Shown here one piece after another: positions 7,299 through 15,699 of a DNA stretch of 24,029 nt. The stretch lies in the IMG/VR virus record IMGVR_UViG_3300033067_000215, positions 1 through 24,029 of that record; one strand, 5' to 3'. The notes beneath the pieces were generated by a model. The model was not told the origin of the DNA. It did not search any database and was given only the letters and a program-made list of their open reading frames with translations. This DNA comes from a virus (lineage: Duplodnaviria > Caudoviricetes). The position numbers were made by a program, and so were the translations under genes. Positions within the stretch are counted from its first letter, which is position 1. Each line of letters starts with the position of its first letter.

Positions 7299-7325
7299 AT
7301 GGGTTATTTAGCATATGGCAAGTGT

Positions 7326-7952
7326 TCAGCATTTAACGTAAGACCACTTGCGCTCGCCCTTCTCAAACCAGTCCCAACCCAGGTCAAGTAGATACGGATC
7401 CACGTTTTTTTCGTGGTCGTATAGCGCAACGTCATCGAACACAAACACAGCGTTTTTGGGTGTTCGAGCATCAAAGAAGTCAATTTCGGCTCTAATGGCT
7501 TCTGCTGAATGTGGGCCATCGAAATGGACTAGCGCGTACTCATTCTCGATTGTCTTGACGTCGTCATATACAGGCACGCCGTCAAAGTAACGCGCAAAGA
7601 ATTCGGTATCTTCGAGATTGAAGAATTGGAATGCTTGTTGGTTCTGTAGACAATAGAGGTAAAGCTCGATAAGGCATTCGTCCCGCATTGTGTTTGTGTA
7701 GTCGCGCCGAATGCGTTGAATGTTGTCTTCGTGATACTCGATATTGCCATAAGGGTCTATGGCAATATGTAATTTCTGAAGCTCGAAGTCTTTGAGTGCG
7801 TCGATAATCGCTTTGGTGCCACCTCCGCGGCGCAACCCAATCTCGCATGTCATTCCAGGAACGGCATTTTCCCAAAGCAGTTGCACTGCACTGTGCAACA
7901 TTTCATAGTCGTCCGAGTCGCCTGGTAGAGTAGGTGTTAGAGTTACTTTCAT
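7326..7952 (-). CDS. Class I SAM-dependent methyltransferase (Methyltransf_24-like)
   Basis: CEIGLRRGGGT, IAIDPY, LVHFDGPH and VFVFDD motifs. The start at 7952 overlaps the upstream stop (ATGA). Confidence 0.85.
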   Translation of the reverse strand: MKVTLTPTLPGDSDDYEMLHSAVQLLWENAVPGMTCEIGLRRGGGTKAIIDALKDFELQKLHIAIDPYGNIEYHEDNIQRIRRDYTNTMRDECLIELYLYCLQNQQAFQFFNLEDTEFFARYFDGVPVYDDVKTIENEYALVHFDGPHSAEAIRAEIDFFDARTPKNAVFVFDDVALYDHEKNVDPYLLDLGWDWFEKGERKWSYVKC

Positions 7953-8935
7953 GACTTCACTTCCTTGAGTAGTAATTCCCACAACCGTATGATGCGGCGC
8001 CAGTTGAATCGTCGAGAAGCCATAGCCTGATTCATCTGCCGCAATAGCTGATAGTTTGGATTGTCCCAAATATCAGTCTCGCGCAGTTCTTTTACATATG
8101 TGCGTAAAACAGACGCAAAAATTTCAGCATGCGTTGCGTGGTCGGTAGTACCGCTATACATGATAGTCGTTCCACCGCTGGTTTCTGGCAGAGCTCCGAA
8201 ATTTGGATGGATGCTGTCACACCCCGACATCATGGATTCAATGAGACACCGACAGGATGTTTCTGTCCAGATTGAGGGGTACACAAACGCATGCGCCCGT
8301 TGATATGCTTCTCGGACTACAGAATTTGGCTGACTGCCGTGGTAGTGAATCTTGGGATGAGACTTACATCGTTCGAATAACTTCTGATATTGTGCGTCTC
8401 GTTCGGGCCATCCGTACAGTTCGAACGATGAGTAAACGTGAAGCTCGATGTAGTCTAGTTCTTCTGCTAGTGCTTCAAACGCGGGCACCAACAACTCTAA
8501 TCCCCGATGGGGTGTAGGCGTATAGATGAGTTGGATCGGATTCGTCCTCGGGTCTGCCTTTTGCACTGGTTCGAATGTGTCTACTCCATTTTCGATGACT
8601 ACGTGGTCTTTCGAATATGGAATGTTCAGCACATTGCGATACTGCTGGTATTGCCAGTTCGAAACGAATACTAACTTGTCGAATCTTGCCCTGCTTGCGG
8701 CCTCGCGGAGGTGTGAGGCTTCGGGATCTTCTGGTAGATCGTGTAAGAAGTAAATCTTCTTTTTACCAGGCTCTAGATGCCTAACTCTGGATGAGATGAT
8801 TTGAACACCATCCAACTGTTCTGGACCAAGAAGTTCAAATAGCTTCCGTGTGGTCAGTTCTGTTCCGCCATTCGCATTGCGGTTCAGTTCGTTGGTTTCG
8901 GGTTGTGTAACGATCCTGCGATCACTAAGTTTCAT
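7949..8935 (-). CDS. GT-B (family 4-like) glycosyltransferase
   Basis: GGTE, LHD, FVSNWQ, IYTPTPHRGLELL and YPSIWTETSCRCLIESMMSG (Ex7E) motifs. Confidence 0.9.
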   Translation of the reverse strand: MKLSDRRIVTQPETNELNRNANGGTELTTRKLFELLGPEQLDGVQIISSRVRHLEPGKKKIYFLHDLPEDPEASHLREAASRARFDKLVFVSNWQYQQYRNVLNIPYSKDHVVIENGVDTFEPVQKADPRTNPIQLIYTPTPHRGLELLVPAFEALAEELDYIELHVYSSFELYGWPERDAQYQKLFERCKSHPKIHYHGSQPNSVVREAYQRAHAFVYPSIWTETSCRCLIESMMSGCDSIHPNFGALPETSGGTTIMYSGTTDHATHAEIFASVLRTYVKELRETDIWDNPNYQLLRQMNQAMASRRFNWRRIIRLWELLLKEVKS

Positions 8936-8943
8936 GTAAGTAT

Positions 8944-9324
8944 TTAGACGACTGTCCAACCTGCTTCTTTGAGGACGTCGAGAACTTCAGGAAACATGTT
9001 GTGTTCCTTGCCAATCAGATACCAGTACGCAAACGGGTCGATAGGCTTGCGCAATGACCACGACATTACTGGCGGTTCTGGAACACCAGCGGCCGACCGC
9101 AAGGACTTGATCACCAACCTAGCATCTTGCCAGTTCAGAACTTGTAGTGTTGCGTTGTCATCATGCTTGAAGCCAAACGAACACAACACGGCGTAGAGCT
9201 TCTGTGCCCATGCGGGGTCTTTGATCTTCTCAATGGCCGTTGTTTTGGCAAGCAAATCCAACCCGAGTTCGTGAGTTGGTGTTTTAGCCGACAACTGTTT
9301 CTTCGAAGACTTTCGCTTAGCCAT
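8944..9324 (-). CDS. Hypothetical protein
   Basis: 126-aa ORF with a TAATG overlap with the upstream ORF. Confidence 0.7.
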   Translation of the reverse strand: MAKRKSSKKQLSAKTPTHELGLDLLAKTTAIEKIKDPAWAQKLYAVLCSFGFKHDDNATLQVLNWQDARLVIKSLRSAAGVPEPPVMSWSLRKPIDPFAYWYLIGKEHNMFPEVLDVLKEAGWTVV

Positions 9325-9527
9325 TAGTTTCCGTACTCCGCGTCACCATTGAGACAATCAATCTCATGTCGTAGCACACGAATTTTGACTTGAAGCTCCG
9401 CGATCTCTTTGTCCTTAAGCTCGGATTGCGCACGATGGTAATTGATCGCTCCGCACAAATCAATGACACACGAAAGACACCAACCATCACCTTGATGGGC
9501 GCAGTTGCATGATTGCGGCATGGTCAT
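9324..9527 (-). CDS. Small Cys-rich and coiled-coil protein
   Basis: MTMPQSCNCAHQGDGWCLSC...; AGGA lies upstream of ATG 9527. The ORF-track extension to 9659 overlaps tRNAs and was trimmed. Confidence 0.6.
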   Translation of the reverse strand: MTMPQSCNCAHQGDGWCLSCVIDLCGAINYHRAQSELKDKEIAELQVKIRVLRHEIDCLNGDAEYGN

Positions 9528-9548
9528 ACTGTATGTCCTAGATGAAGA

Positions 9549-9622
9549 TGGTTCCCTCGCATGGATTCGAACCACGATGACAATGTCCAAAGCATTGCGT
9601 CCTACCATTAGACGACAAGGGA
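9549..9622 (-). tRNA. tRNA-Gln(TTG)
   Basis: Acceptor TCCCTTG/CGAGGGA-A-CCA; anticodon arm CAATG-CTTTGGA-CATTG. Confidence 0.92.
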
Positions 9623-9629
9623 ATGTAAA

Positions 9630-9706
9630 TGGTAGCCCACGTTGGATTCGAACCAACATTTCTCACCTTGAAAGGGTGGTTGCCTAAACCATTAGCAGAG
9701 TGGGCC
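9630..9706 (-). tRNA. tRNA-Glu(TTC)
   Basis: Acceptor GGCCCAC/GTGGGCT-A-CCA; anticodon arm CCACC-CTTTCAA-GGTGA. Confidence 0.9.
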
Positions 9707-9715
9707 GTATGAAGA

Positions 9716-9792
9716 TGGTGGATCCACCGAGACTCGAACTCGGAACCTACTACTTAAGAGGCAGTTGCTCTAACCAATTGAGCTATGGATCC
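9716..9792 (-). tRNA. tRNA-Lys(CTT)
   Basis: Acceptor GGATCCA/TGGATCC-A-CCA; anticodon arm ACTGC-CTCTTAA-GTAGT. Confidence 0.93.
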
Positions 9793-9795
9793 AGG

Positions 9796-10027
9796 GAGAG
9801 TGCCAGGCTTGATTCTGGCTTTATCAATAGTTGTCGGCGCCTTTCCGTATATTGCAACGGTCTGCCCGAGTGGGATGCCCCGAGGTACTGAAGCATCACT
9901 CCGCAAATATTGTTACCGAGGTACCATAAATCTCGGATGTGTCCTCGACTCCTGTCCAGGTTACGTTATGCCTGAATGGGGTGTCTTCGCTAGACAGTTA
10001 ATCCTGTTTCGCTCCACAACGACTCTC
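9796..10027 (-). ncRNA. Candidate structured non-coding RNA of unknown family
   Basis: Lies between a consensus promoter and tRNA-Lys, has complementary ends (GAGAGT/ACTCTC) and at least five internal hairpins, and no minus-strand ORF is listed for it. Confidence 0.5.
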
Positions 10028-10036
10028 AATGAACGA

Positions 10037-10065
10037 ATTGTATCAGTATCTAGTCGACCTGTCAA
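10037..10065 (-). promoter_or_regulatory. Sigma70-type promoter for the ncRNA/tRNA cluster
   Basis: TTGACA-17 nt-TACAAT with an extended -10 TG. Confidence 0.82.
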
Positions 10066-10394
10066 CCACGTTTTCGAGATATTTTGGTGGAACTGGCATG
10101 CCGCTTGCGCCATAGATCGGAAGGAGTTTCATCGGAATCTTCAGTTTCAGTGGCCTCTGAAATCGAGGAAACGGCTGAAGTGAACCCTATTTGTTTTGGA
10201 ATGGGTTTGCTTGAACTATCGTCTTCTTCCTTGAAGTCCACCAAGTCTCCAAGATTGTCCCACACATGCGAATAGAGACAGTCGATAGCGTCGTCGGCGC
10301 TACCTTTGAATTGCGGTGACGTGATTTGTTGATACCCGGTGATCAACCCGCGTTCAATGGCGGTGCTGACAATGTTGTGTAGATGTACCCGCAT
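10062..10394 (-). CDS. Hypothetical protein
   Basis: 110 aa, with AGGAG SD upstream and an acidic/Ser-rich C-terminal half. Confidence 0.75.
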   Translation of the reverse strand: MRVHLHNIVSTAIERGLITGYQQITSPQFKGSADDAIDCLYSHVWDNLGDLVDFKEEDDSSSKPIPKQIGFTSAVSSISEATETEDSDETPSDLWRKRHASSTKISRKRG

Positions 10395-10426
10395 GTATTG
10401 ACGCTCCTAGTTTAACTGCACTAGGG

Positions 10427-10834
10427 CTATTTAGTGGAAAGATCGAGTTCGGCCTGCTGCGCAATCGCGGCGGAGTTTGGCAGATCTTCCGAAAGCGTCT
10501 TCGTTCCATCGACAAGGGACACCATTACTTTTGTGCGTGGCTGTATTGGTTTCGGCGCTCGTGGTTTCTTGATGTTGTGATTGGTGCGAATGAAGATCTT
10601 CGGGAACATCTTCTCTAGCGCTTTTCGTACCATGTAGCTCGACGACATACCCACAGAACGAGCGAGTAGGTGCAACTCATTTTTCTCATACATCGTCACG
10701 CGGCACATAAGCATTTCGCGTCTGGCTGGCAGGCCTCCGTGCCCTAGCCCTCCATCAGGCCAGAATGCGGCTTCCGGATTTGACTCATAGAATTTGGCTA
10801 CTGCTTTAGGTAACTTTGGTTTTTTGGATTTCAT
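10427..10834 (-). CDS. Putative ribbon-helix-helix DNA-binding protein
   Basis: MLMCRVTMYEKNELHLLARSVGMSSSYMVRKALEK fits the RHH pattern. The start was trimmed to MKSKK at 10834. Confidence 0.6.
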   Translation of the reverse strand: MKSKKPKLPKAVAKFYESNPEAAFWPDGGLGHGGLPARREMLMCRVTMYEKNELHLLARSVGMSSSYMVRKALEKMFPKIFIRTNHNIKKPRAPKPIQPRTKVMVSLVDGTKTLSEDLPNSAAIAQQAELDLSTK

Positions 10835-11378
10835 TGTATTGGTACTCTGCAAGGAAGTAACTGTCTGCGATGTCTGCGCATGGACTGCCAACACCTTCGG
10901 CTTTTGGGTGACATAGCTTTGCCCAACTCGCGTACTCGGGAAACTTTGCAATGAAGGACGCCCAGATCAACTCTTTCCTGGCATTGCCTTTTCCAGTTGC
11001 AAGTTTCTTCATCTTGGTTGGTGGTAGCAAGACCACAGGAAGTTCCGGATGCATTCGTCTCAACATGACTTTGAGATATCCCGCGTTCTCTGCGAGATGT
11101 GTTAGGGATGAGCCCTTCGCGCCGAACGCGTAGTCTTCAATGACGACGACTTGCGGGTATTTCATTTCGATGACTAATAACACCCATCCTGCCAATTCGG
11201 AAATTCTGTCAAGTTCATTTTCCGTGCGCGAATGAGTCCAATTTACTGTTGCGTTAGGAAGAGTAGGATAACTTTTGCCGTCTTTACGGTAGTTGACAAA
11301 CCATTCACGCGACTGCCCGTCAAGCAAACACATTGACGGGCAGTTTAACGAATAGTCGATTCCCAGCACAATTCCCAT
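10806..11378 (-). CDS. RuvC-like Holliday junction resolvase
   Basis: LGIDYS, VVIEDY, KKLATGKGNARKE and DIADSY catalytic motifs. Confidence 0.88.
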   Translation of the reverse strand: MGIVLGIDYSLNCPSMCLLDGQSREWFVNYRKDGKSYPTLPNATVNWTHSRTENELDRISELAGWVLLVIEMKYPQVVVIEDYAFGAKGSSLTHLAENAGYLKVMLRRMHPELPVVLLPPTKMKKLATGKGNARKELIWASFIAKFPEYASWAKLCHPKAEGVGSPCADIADSYFLAEYQYNEIQKTKVT

Positions 11379-11393
11379 GCTGGTATTTAGAGG

Positions 11394-13820
11394 CTAGCGG
11401 ATGGGGCAAGCTCCAGTGGAACACTCATTGTCATCCACGCCGAGCGTAGATGCGTTTGTTACTGAGGTAATCAATACCGTTTTGGCTTTAAGATCTTCGT
11501 ATTGTTCCTTCGTGATCTCTTCGAATGGCGCTTGTTGGAATCCATGATCATTATGCAACAGGAACGAGAGCGCTTTGTGACACGTCTCATAATTGTCGGC
11601 AAGGTATTTACGGATCGCTGGAAGTTCTTCCTTGCGGTAATAGACGGTGCACGAAACAGAATTGTCAGACCAACTTTGCTGTAGCTCCTTGACGACTTTC
11701 AATTGGTCTATCGCTGTCATATCCTTAGCGAGTTTTGTGCCTTCTGGATATGAATATGGAAACGAAACAACTACCGTGTTGTAATCGTAAGAGCCGTCGA
11801 AGTTGAGTCGATATTCTACCGGGTACCCTCCGTTTCGACACACATCTGCTAATGGGTGTGTGGACATGATGCTGATGCGACGAATCATGTATTGAGCGTA
11901 TCCAGGATGGCAACCAGGAGTTACTCCTGGCAACAGACTCAGAGTTCCTGACGGCTTGACTGTAGTCAGCTTAACGCTAGGAGCAAATCCGTTTGCCTTC
12001 GAGTATTCTTTGTCGTATGCACGAAGCAGCTTGTAGGTTGGACTAAGCCACTTCTTTTGTGCGTTGGCTGCTTGCAGATAGCCAGTTACTCCAATTCCCA
12101 TTCGCATGTTTGTGTTAACAATCTTCTCGGTGTCTTTTTGGTGGCAAGACAGAGCGAGTGAGTGTTTGTTAACGCGGTATAGTAGTTTGGCGATGTCCGC
12201 CAACTCTTCTTGCGATTCAATGTTTGGGAGGTAGATTTCGGCAAGACAACAGGTCTCCCAACTTGCCAGACCTTGTTCGCCGCAAGGGTTAACGCCCATA
12301 ACAGTAGGATCAGGATATTCAGTCTCTCCCAACCTTCCGATCGTTCTCAGAAGGGGAAGATTGACCAACCCGTACGGCTCGCCCTTTCCTTCATATCCAT
12401 CCCAGAAGAAATCGTGGAGCTGGCTGATGTCGTCGCACGCAACCGAGTTGTTGCTCATACTTCGCCACGGTGGAATGTTTCCTAGATCCCATCGCTTTGC
12501 AAGAAGGAATTCAACATCGTCCGGATCGCCGATGGCAATTTGCGCCGAACGACGAACGTTACCAGCAACGACGATGCTGCCGATGATGTTCATGATGTCT
12601 AGACAATCAATAGGGCGAAGCTGCTTACCAGCTCGCTTTTCCAGGATTGTCGAGATGTTGTTAATGCCATCGCAAAGAATTTCAGGTCCACTTGCAGTGC
12701 CTCCAAATCCTTTGATGGCTGTACCACGCCCACGAATCAATTGCGTCGAATACGAAAAGGTTTCTGGCTTCTTCCTCGCGAAGGCTGCTTCTAGCGTTTG
12801 CTCAAGAAGCTTGACCCATCCCTCGCGGGTGTCAGGAACGATAAAGTCCGCGCTCGCGGTATCATCTCGTGTGGGACGTTTGAAGTTCTTCTTGACCGGT
12901 GAAAGTTTGGAGACATGCTCCTTTTGAATGGAGTATCCAACCCCAGAACCCAACATGAGCATGTCCATAGCCCAGGTAAACGGTTTGACTGGATTATCGA
13001 CAACCACAAATGCGCAGTTTTGGAGAGAGGCCAGTCCGAGCTTGTTAACTGTCTCAGTACCCAACTGCCAAAGGAACCGCCCGGCTACCACTCCCTTTAG
13101 TTGCAGTAAGTAATCGCGTAAACGATTTTGCTCGTCTCCCGTGAATCCGCAATGTAGCTGGTCATTAGTTGCCTTAACTACTCTGTCTACAGTGTCAGCC
13201 CATTCTTCAGTTTCACTAAGCGGGTTTGAATCATCCAGTTTCCTCGAATATGTGTTGTGTGAGGGAAACCCACCGGTGAAATGCGTTTTAATTGATGTGC
13301 TGAGTACAGCAACTTCCATTTCGCCGGCGTCGAATACTCGCACAACACGGACCATGTCGTCAGGATCGCAGCGCATGCGCTGTGCTTTCTTTTCCATAGC
13401 CTCGACAATGCGTACGCGTGGTAGATATACCGGTCCGTGTTTCTTGGTCTCTTCCAAGTTTGAGGCCTCGCGCCATTCGAGTTTGTTACTTGCTAATTTG
13501 ACCAACCATGAATGATCTGGTGTACAATACAGAATTTCTCCCGTCTCCAATTCGATTCCAACAACTTTAGCCGGCTCGATTGTGTTATGAGTAACTTCGC
13601 CAAATCGAATATAGCGGCCGTTATGTTTGTCGCTGATTCCATTTGATGGTCTCGTCAAATGCTCGTCAAAACCGATGATTCTTTGCCCCACAACTAATTC
13701 ACCGGCCGGTCTCCAAACGAAGTCTGCACACAGCACTGGTGTGTTTTTTTCCACACACCGTTTGTAGGTCAGATATCCTACTGTTGACCATGGGGTTTGA
13801 ATCGGCATGTCGCTTGGCAT
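11394..13820 (-). CDS. nrdJ: Class II (adenosylcobalamin-dependent, monomeric type) ribonucleotide reductase with intein
   Basis: LQNCAF, VVAGNVRRSAQI, NPCGEQ, CCLAE, TTVKPSGT and C-terminal CSTGACPIR motifs. Confidence 0.93.
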   Translation of the reverse strand: MPSDMPIQTPWSTVGYLTYKRCVEKNTPVLCADFVWRPAGELVVGQRIIGFDEHLTRPSNGISDKHNGRYIRFGEVTHNTIEPAKVVGIELETGEILYCTPDHSWLVKLASNKLEWREASNLEETKKHGPVYLPRVRIVEAMEKKAQRMRCDPDDMVRVVRVFDAGEMEVAVLSTSIKTHFTGGFPSHNTYSRKLDDSNPLSETEEWADTVDRVVKATNDQLHCGFTGDEQNRLRDYLLQLKGVVAGRFLWQLGTETVNKLGLASLQNCAFVVVDNPVKPFTWAMDMLMLGSGVGYSIQKEHVSKLSPVKKNFKRPTRDDTASADFIVPDTREGWVKLLEQTLEAAFARKKPETFSYSTQLIRGRGTAIKGFGGTASGPEILCDGINNISTILEKRAGKQLRPIDCLDIMNIIGSIVVAGNVRRSAQIAIGDPDDVEFLLAKRWDLGNIPPWRSMSNNSVACDDISQLHDFFWDGYEGKGEPYGLVNLPLLRTIGRLGETEYPDPTVMGVNPCGEQGLASWETCCLAEIYLPNIESQEELADIAKLLYRVNKHSLALSCHQKDTEKIVNTNMRMGIGVTGYLQAANAQKKWLSPTYKLLRAYDKEYSKANGFAPSVKLTTVKPSGTLSLLPGVTPGCHPGYAQYMIRRISIMSTHPLADVCRNGGYPVEYRLNFDGSYDYNTVVVSFPYSYPEGTKLAKDMTAIDQLKVVKELQQSWSDNSVSCTVYYRKEELPAIRKYLADNYETCHKALSFLLHNDHGFQQAPFEEITKEQYEDLKAKTVLITSVTNASTLGVDDNECSTGACPIR
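13254..13757 (-). mobile_element. Mini-intein (168 aa) in nrdJ
   Basis: YKR|CVEKNTPVL...CTPDHSW (block B)...FPSHN|TYSR. Removing it restores YKRTYSR. Confidence 0.93.
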
Positions 13821-14656
13821 TAGTTACTCTTTCGTTGTTCTGTTAGCCAATCATAAAACTCGGTGTATTCGCGCTTAGACATACCGAGTTGTGTGGCGTA
13901 AGATTCTGATGGGGTATCGTGTTGGATGTCGGTCATCGAAAATAACAGTCGTTGTTCGAGCGACGACAATGTCCGCGCGTTTCGTATATAGTCATCATAC
14001 GCCGCGAAGACAATGGGAAAATACGGCCGTGCGAGATCGTGTATTGCGTTAGCGTAGACACGAATTTCCCACTGGGCGTGAGGATCTTGCCGCAGCTTCA
14101 GAAACCCGAGAAGGTTACGAAGATCCCATGAGACAGACATTTCTGTGTACTGCGACAGAGGAAGCACGATACGAGCGATCTCGCGTGCGGTTCCGTATGA
14201 CAATAGTTCTTCGTACTTAGAACGCAGATACTTACCAGACTCTATGATGCGGTCTCTCGATAGCGTTGCATTGAATACCGCATCGTCTGTGTACTCGACG
14301 CGGCCCTGCTTATTTGTGGTCGATTGCGCCGTGCATTGCTGTACGTTAGGTACGTACATTTCTTCGGGTGCTTCGGAATACCGCAAGCTAGCTTCATTCA
14401 TCTTGATCGTGCGATGCCGTACCAATTGACGAGCCACAAAAATCGGCATCTTCATGTGGAAGATCAGTTGACCAAATTCAATTGGCGATGAATGTTGGTG
14501 TCGAATCAGATAACGAATCAGTTGTTCGTCTGAGCTAGTGCGCTTGGTGCCCAGTTTGTACGATCCTCGGGCAACGTCGGCTATCCTAGTGTCATTACCA
14601 AAGACGTCTACTAGCGTAACTTCGCCGTGATCCAAGACCTTCAGTGTTTTTTCCAT
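13820..14656 (-). CDS. thyX: FAD-dependent thymidylate synthase
   Basis: HSSPIE, PIFVARQLVRHRTIKMNEASLRY, REIARIVLP and LRQDPHAQWEIR motifs. Confidence 0.95.
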   Translation of the reverse strand: MEKTLKVLDHGEVTLVDVFGNDTRIADVARGSYKLGTKRTSSDEQLIRYLIRHQHSSPIEFGQLIFHMKMPIFVARQLVRHRTIKMNEASLRYSEAPEEMYVPNVQQCTAQSTTNKQGRVEYTDDAVFNATLSRDRIIESGKYLRSKYEELLSYGTAREIARIVLPLSQYTEMSVSWDLRNLLGFLKLRQDPHAQWEIRVYANAIHDLARPYFPIVFAAYDDYIRNARTLSSLEQRLLFSMTDIQHDTPSESYATQLGMSKREYTEFYDWLTEQRKSN

Positions 14657-15663
14657 TGTGTAAACTCAAGCTCCGCGGTTAGTCCGGAATAGGTTCTAGT
14701 TGTTACGGTATGTAACACATCAATTCCAGACTTGACCATATCATTCAAATCTTTGTCGGTGATTGTTGGCGGCCAAATCACGACTTTGTGGTTGTCTCGT
14801 ATAGCTCTATTTAGTTCCCGTAGGATAGATTCGTTGCGAGGTTCGTTGTCCCAGATTAGCGTTACGGGTCTATCTGGAAATACCAAGGTCTTCACCCGTA
14901 GCAAATCCGACCCCATGGCTGATACACAGTTTGGAAGAAACCACGAATCGAGAGGTCCTTCTACCATGTAAATTGGCTTGTGTAGATCGAGTCTGTCAAG
15001 CCCATAGATTTTCGTGTCATCGCCAGCTCCAGTCGCCTTGAGTGTGATGTACCGTCCTTCATGCCCAGTTACATCAATGCGTCTTGCTTGTGCGCCGCAT
15101 AGCTTTCACGTGCGCGAGAACCATGGAAGAATTAGGCGCGGTGCGTTGTCTTCTTGAAAGCGATATGTCCAACCAGTGTGGCGAATCCATTCCGTCCATT
15201 GATCGGTAAAGAAGAGGTGTTCGAACGATTCTTCGGGAAGCAGACGACCCTTACAGTATTCGACTGCAATATGGTTTGTCGGCAATTCGGCAATAGACTG
15301 GATGCTCAGTGTTTCTGGTTTGCCGGCCCTCAAACTTTCGATTGAGTTGGGTTGATTTGTCGCGGTAACTTGCGGCGTTGCGTCTGTTCGTTCACGGATC
15401 TGATCGAGTTGAAACTCTTTGTATAGCGGCTCAAATTTGCGCTTGAGTAAGCCAACGAACGACATGCTCTCATTGCAGTTGTGGCATTTGAAGAAGTAGC
15501 GCTTGGTGTGTAAGAATAGGTATCCGCGCGTCTTATTCTGCCGGCGCTTTGAGTCGCCGCAAAGGGGACACCTAAAGGCGTATGTGGTCTTCGACTGCTT
15601 GTGGAAATACGGTAGTGAATGTCCTACTATTCCTATGAATTTTTCCTCTAACCACTGGCTCAT
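14641..15663 (-). CDS. T4 gp61-like DNA primase, interrupted by an in-frame TGA at 15106-15108
   Basis: Zn finger FRCPLCGDS..FKCHNC, PRLILPW, KIYGLDR, TOPRIM VEGPLDS, DNEPRN and KDLND all lie in one frame. The read-through length is 340 aa. Confidence 0.9.
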
Positions 15664-15669
15664 GTGCGC

Positions 15670-15698
15670 AGTATATCAAACTGCGCCGACTCTGACAA
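15670..15698 (-). promoter_or_regulatory. Sigma70-type primase promoter with an overlapping inverted repeat
   Basis: TTGTCA-17 nt-TATACT with TG; dyad GCGCAGT-N7-ACTGCGC at 15666-15686. Confidence 0.7.
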
Positions 15699-15699
15699 G

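Noticed and set aside
9796-10027. RNase P RNA or tmRNA identity for the structured region
   Set aside because: It lacks the GAGGAAAGUCC P4 signature and has no Ala-type acceptor or ACCA end.
9785-10183. 132-aa plus-strand ORF with a hydrophobic N-terminus
   Set aside because: It starts inside tRNA-Lys, overlaps the 10062-10394 gene, and runs against a consensus promoter. A minus-strand ncRNA explains the region better, although the ORF is not formally excluded.
14641-15108. Intron or frameshift in the primase
   Set aside because: Both parts are in the same frame, the intervening sequence encodes conserved primase motifs, and the total length is normal.
14641-15663. Genome-wide TGA=Gly (code 25) or TGA=Trp recoding
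   Set aside because: Only one interrupted gene was seen. TGA ends genes at natural positions (7326, 7949 with an ATGA overlap, 10062, 14641, 21101), and the other long genes are open in code 11.
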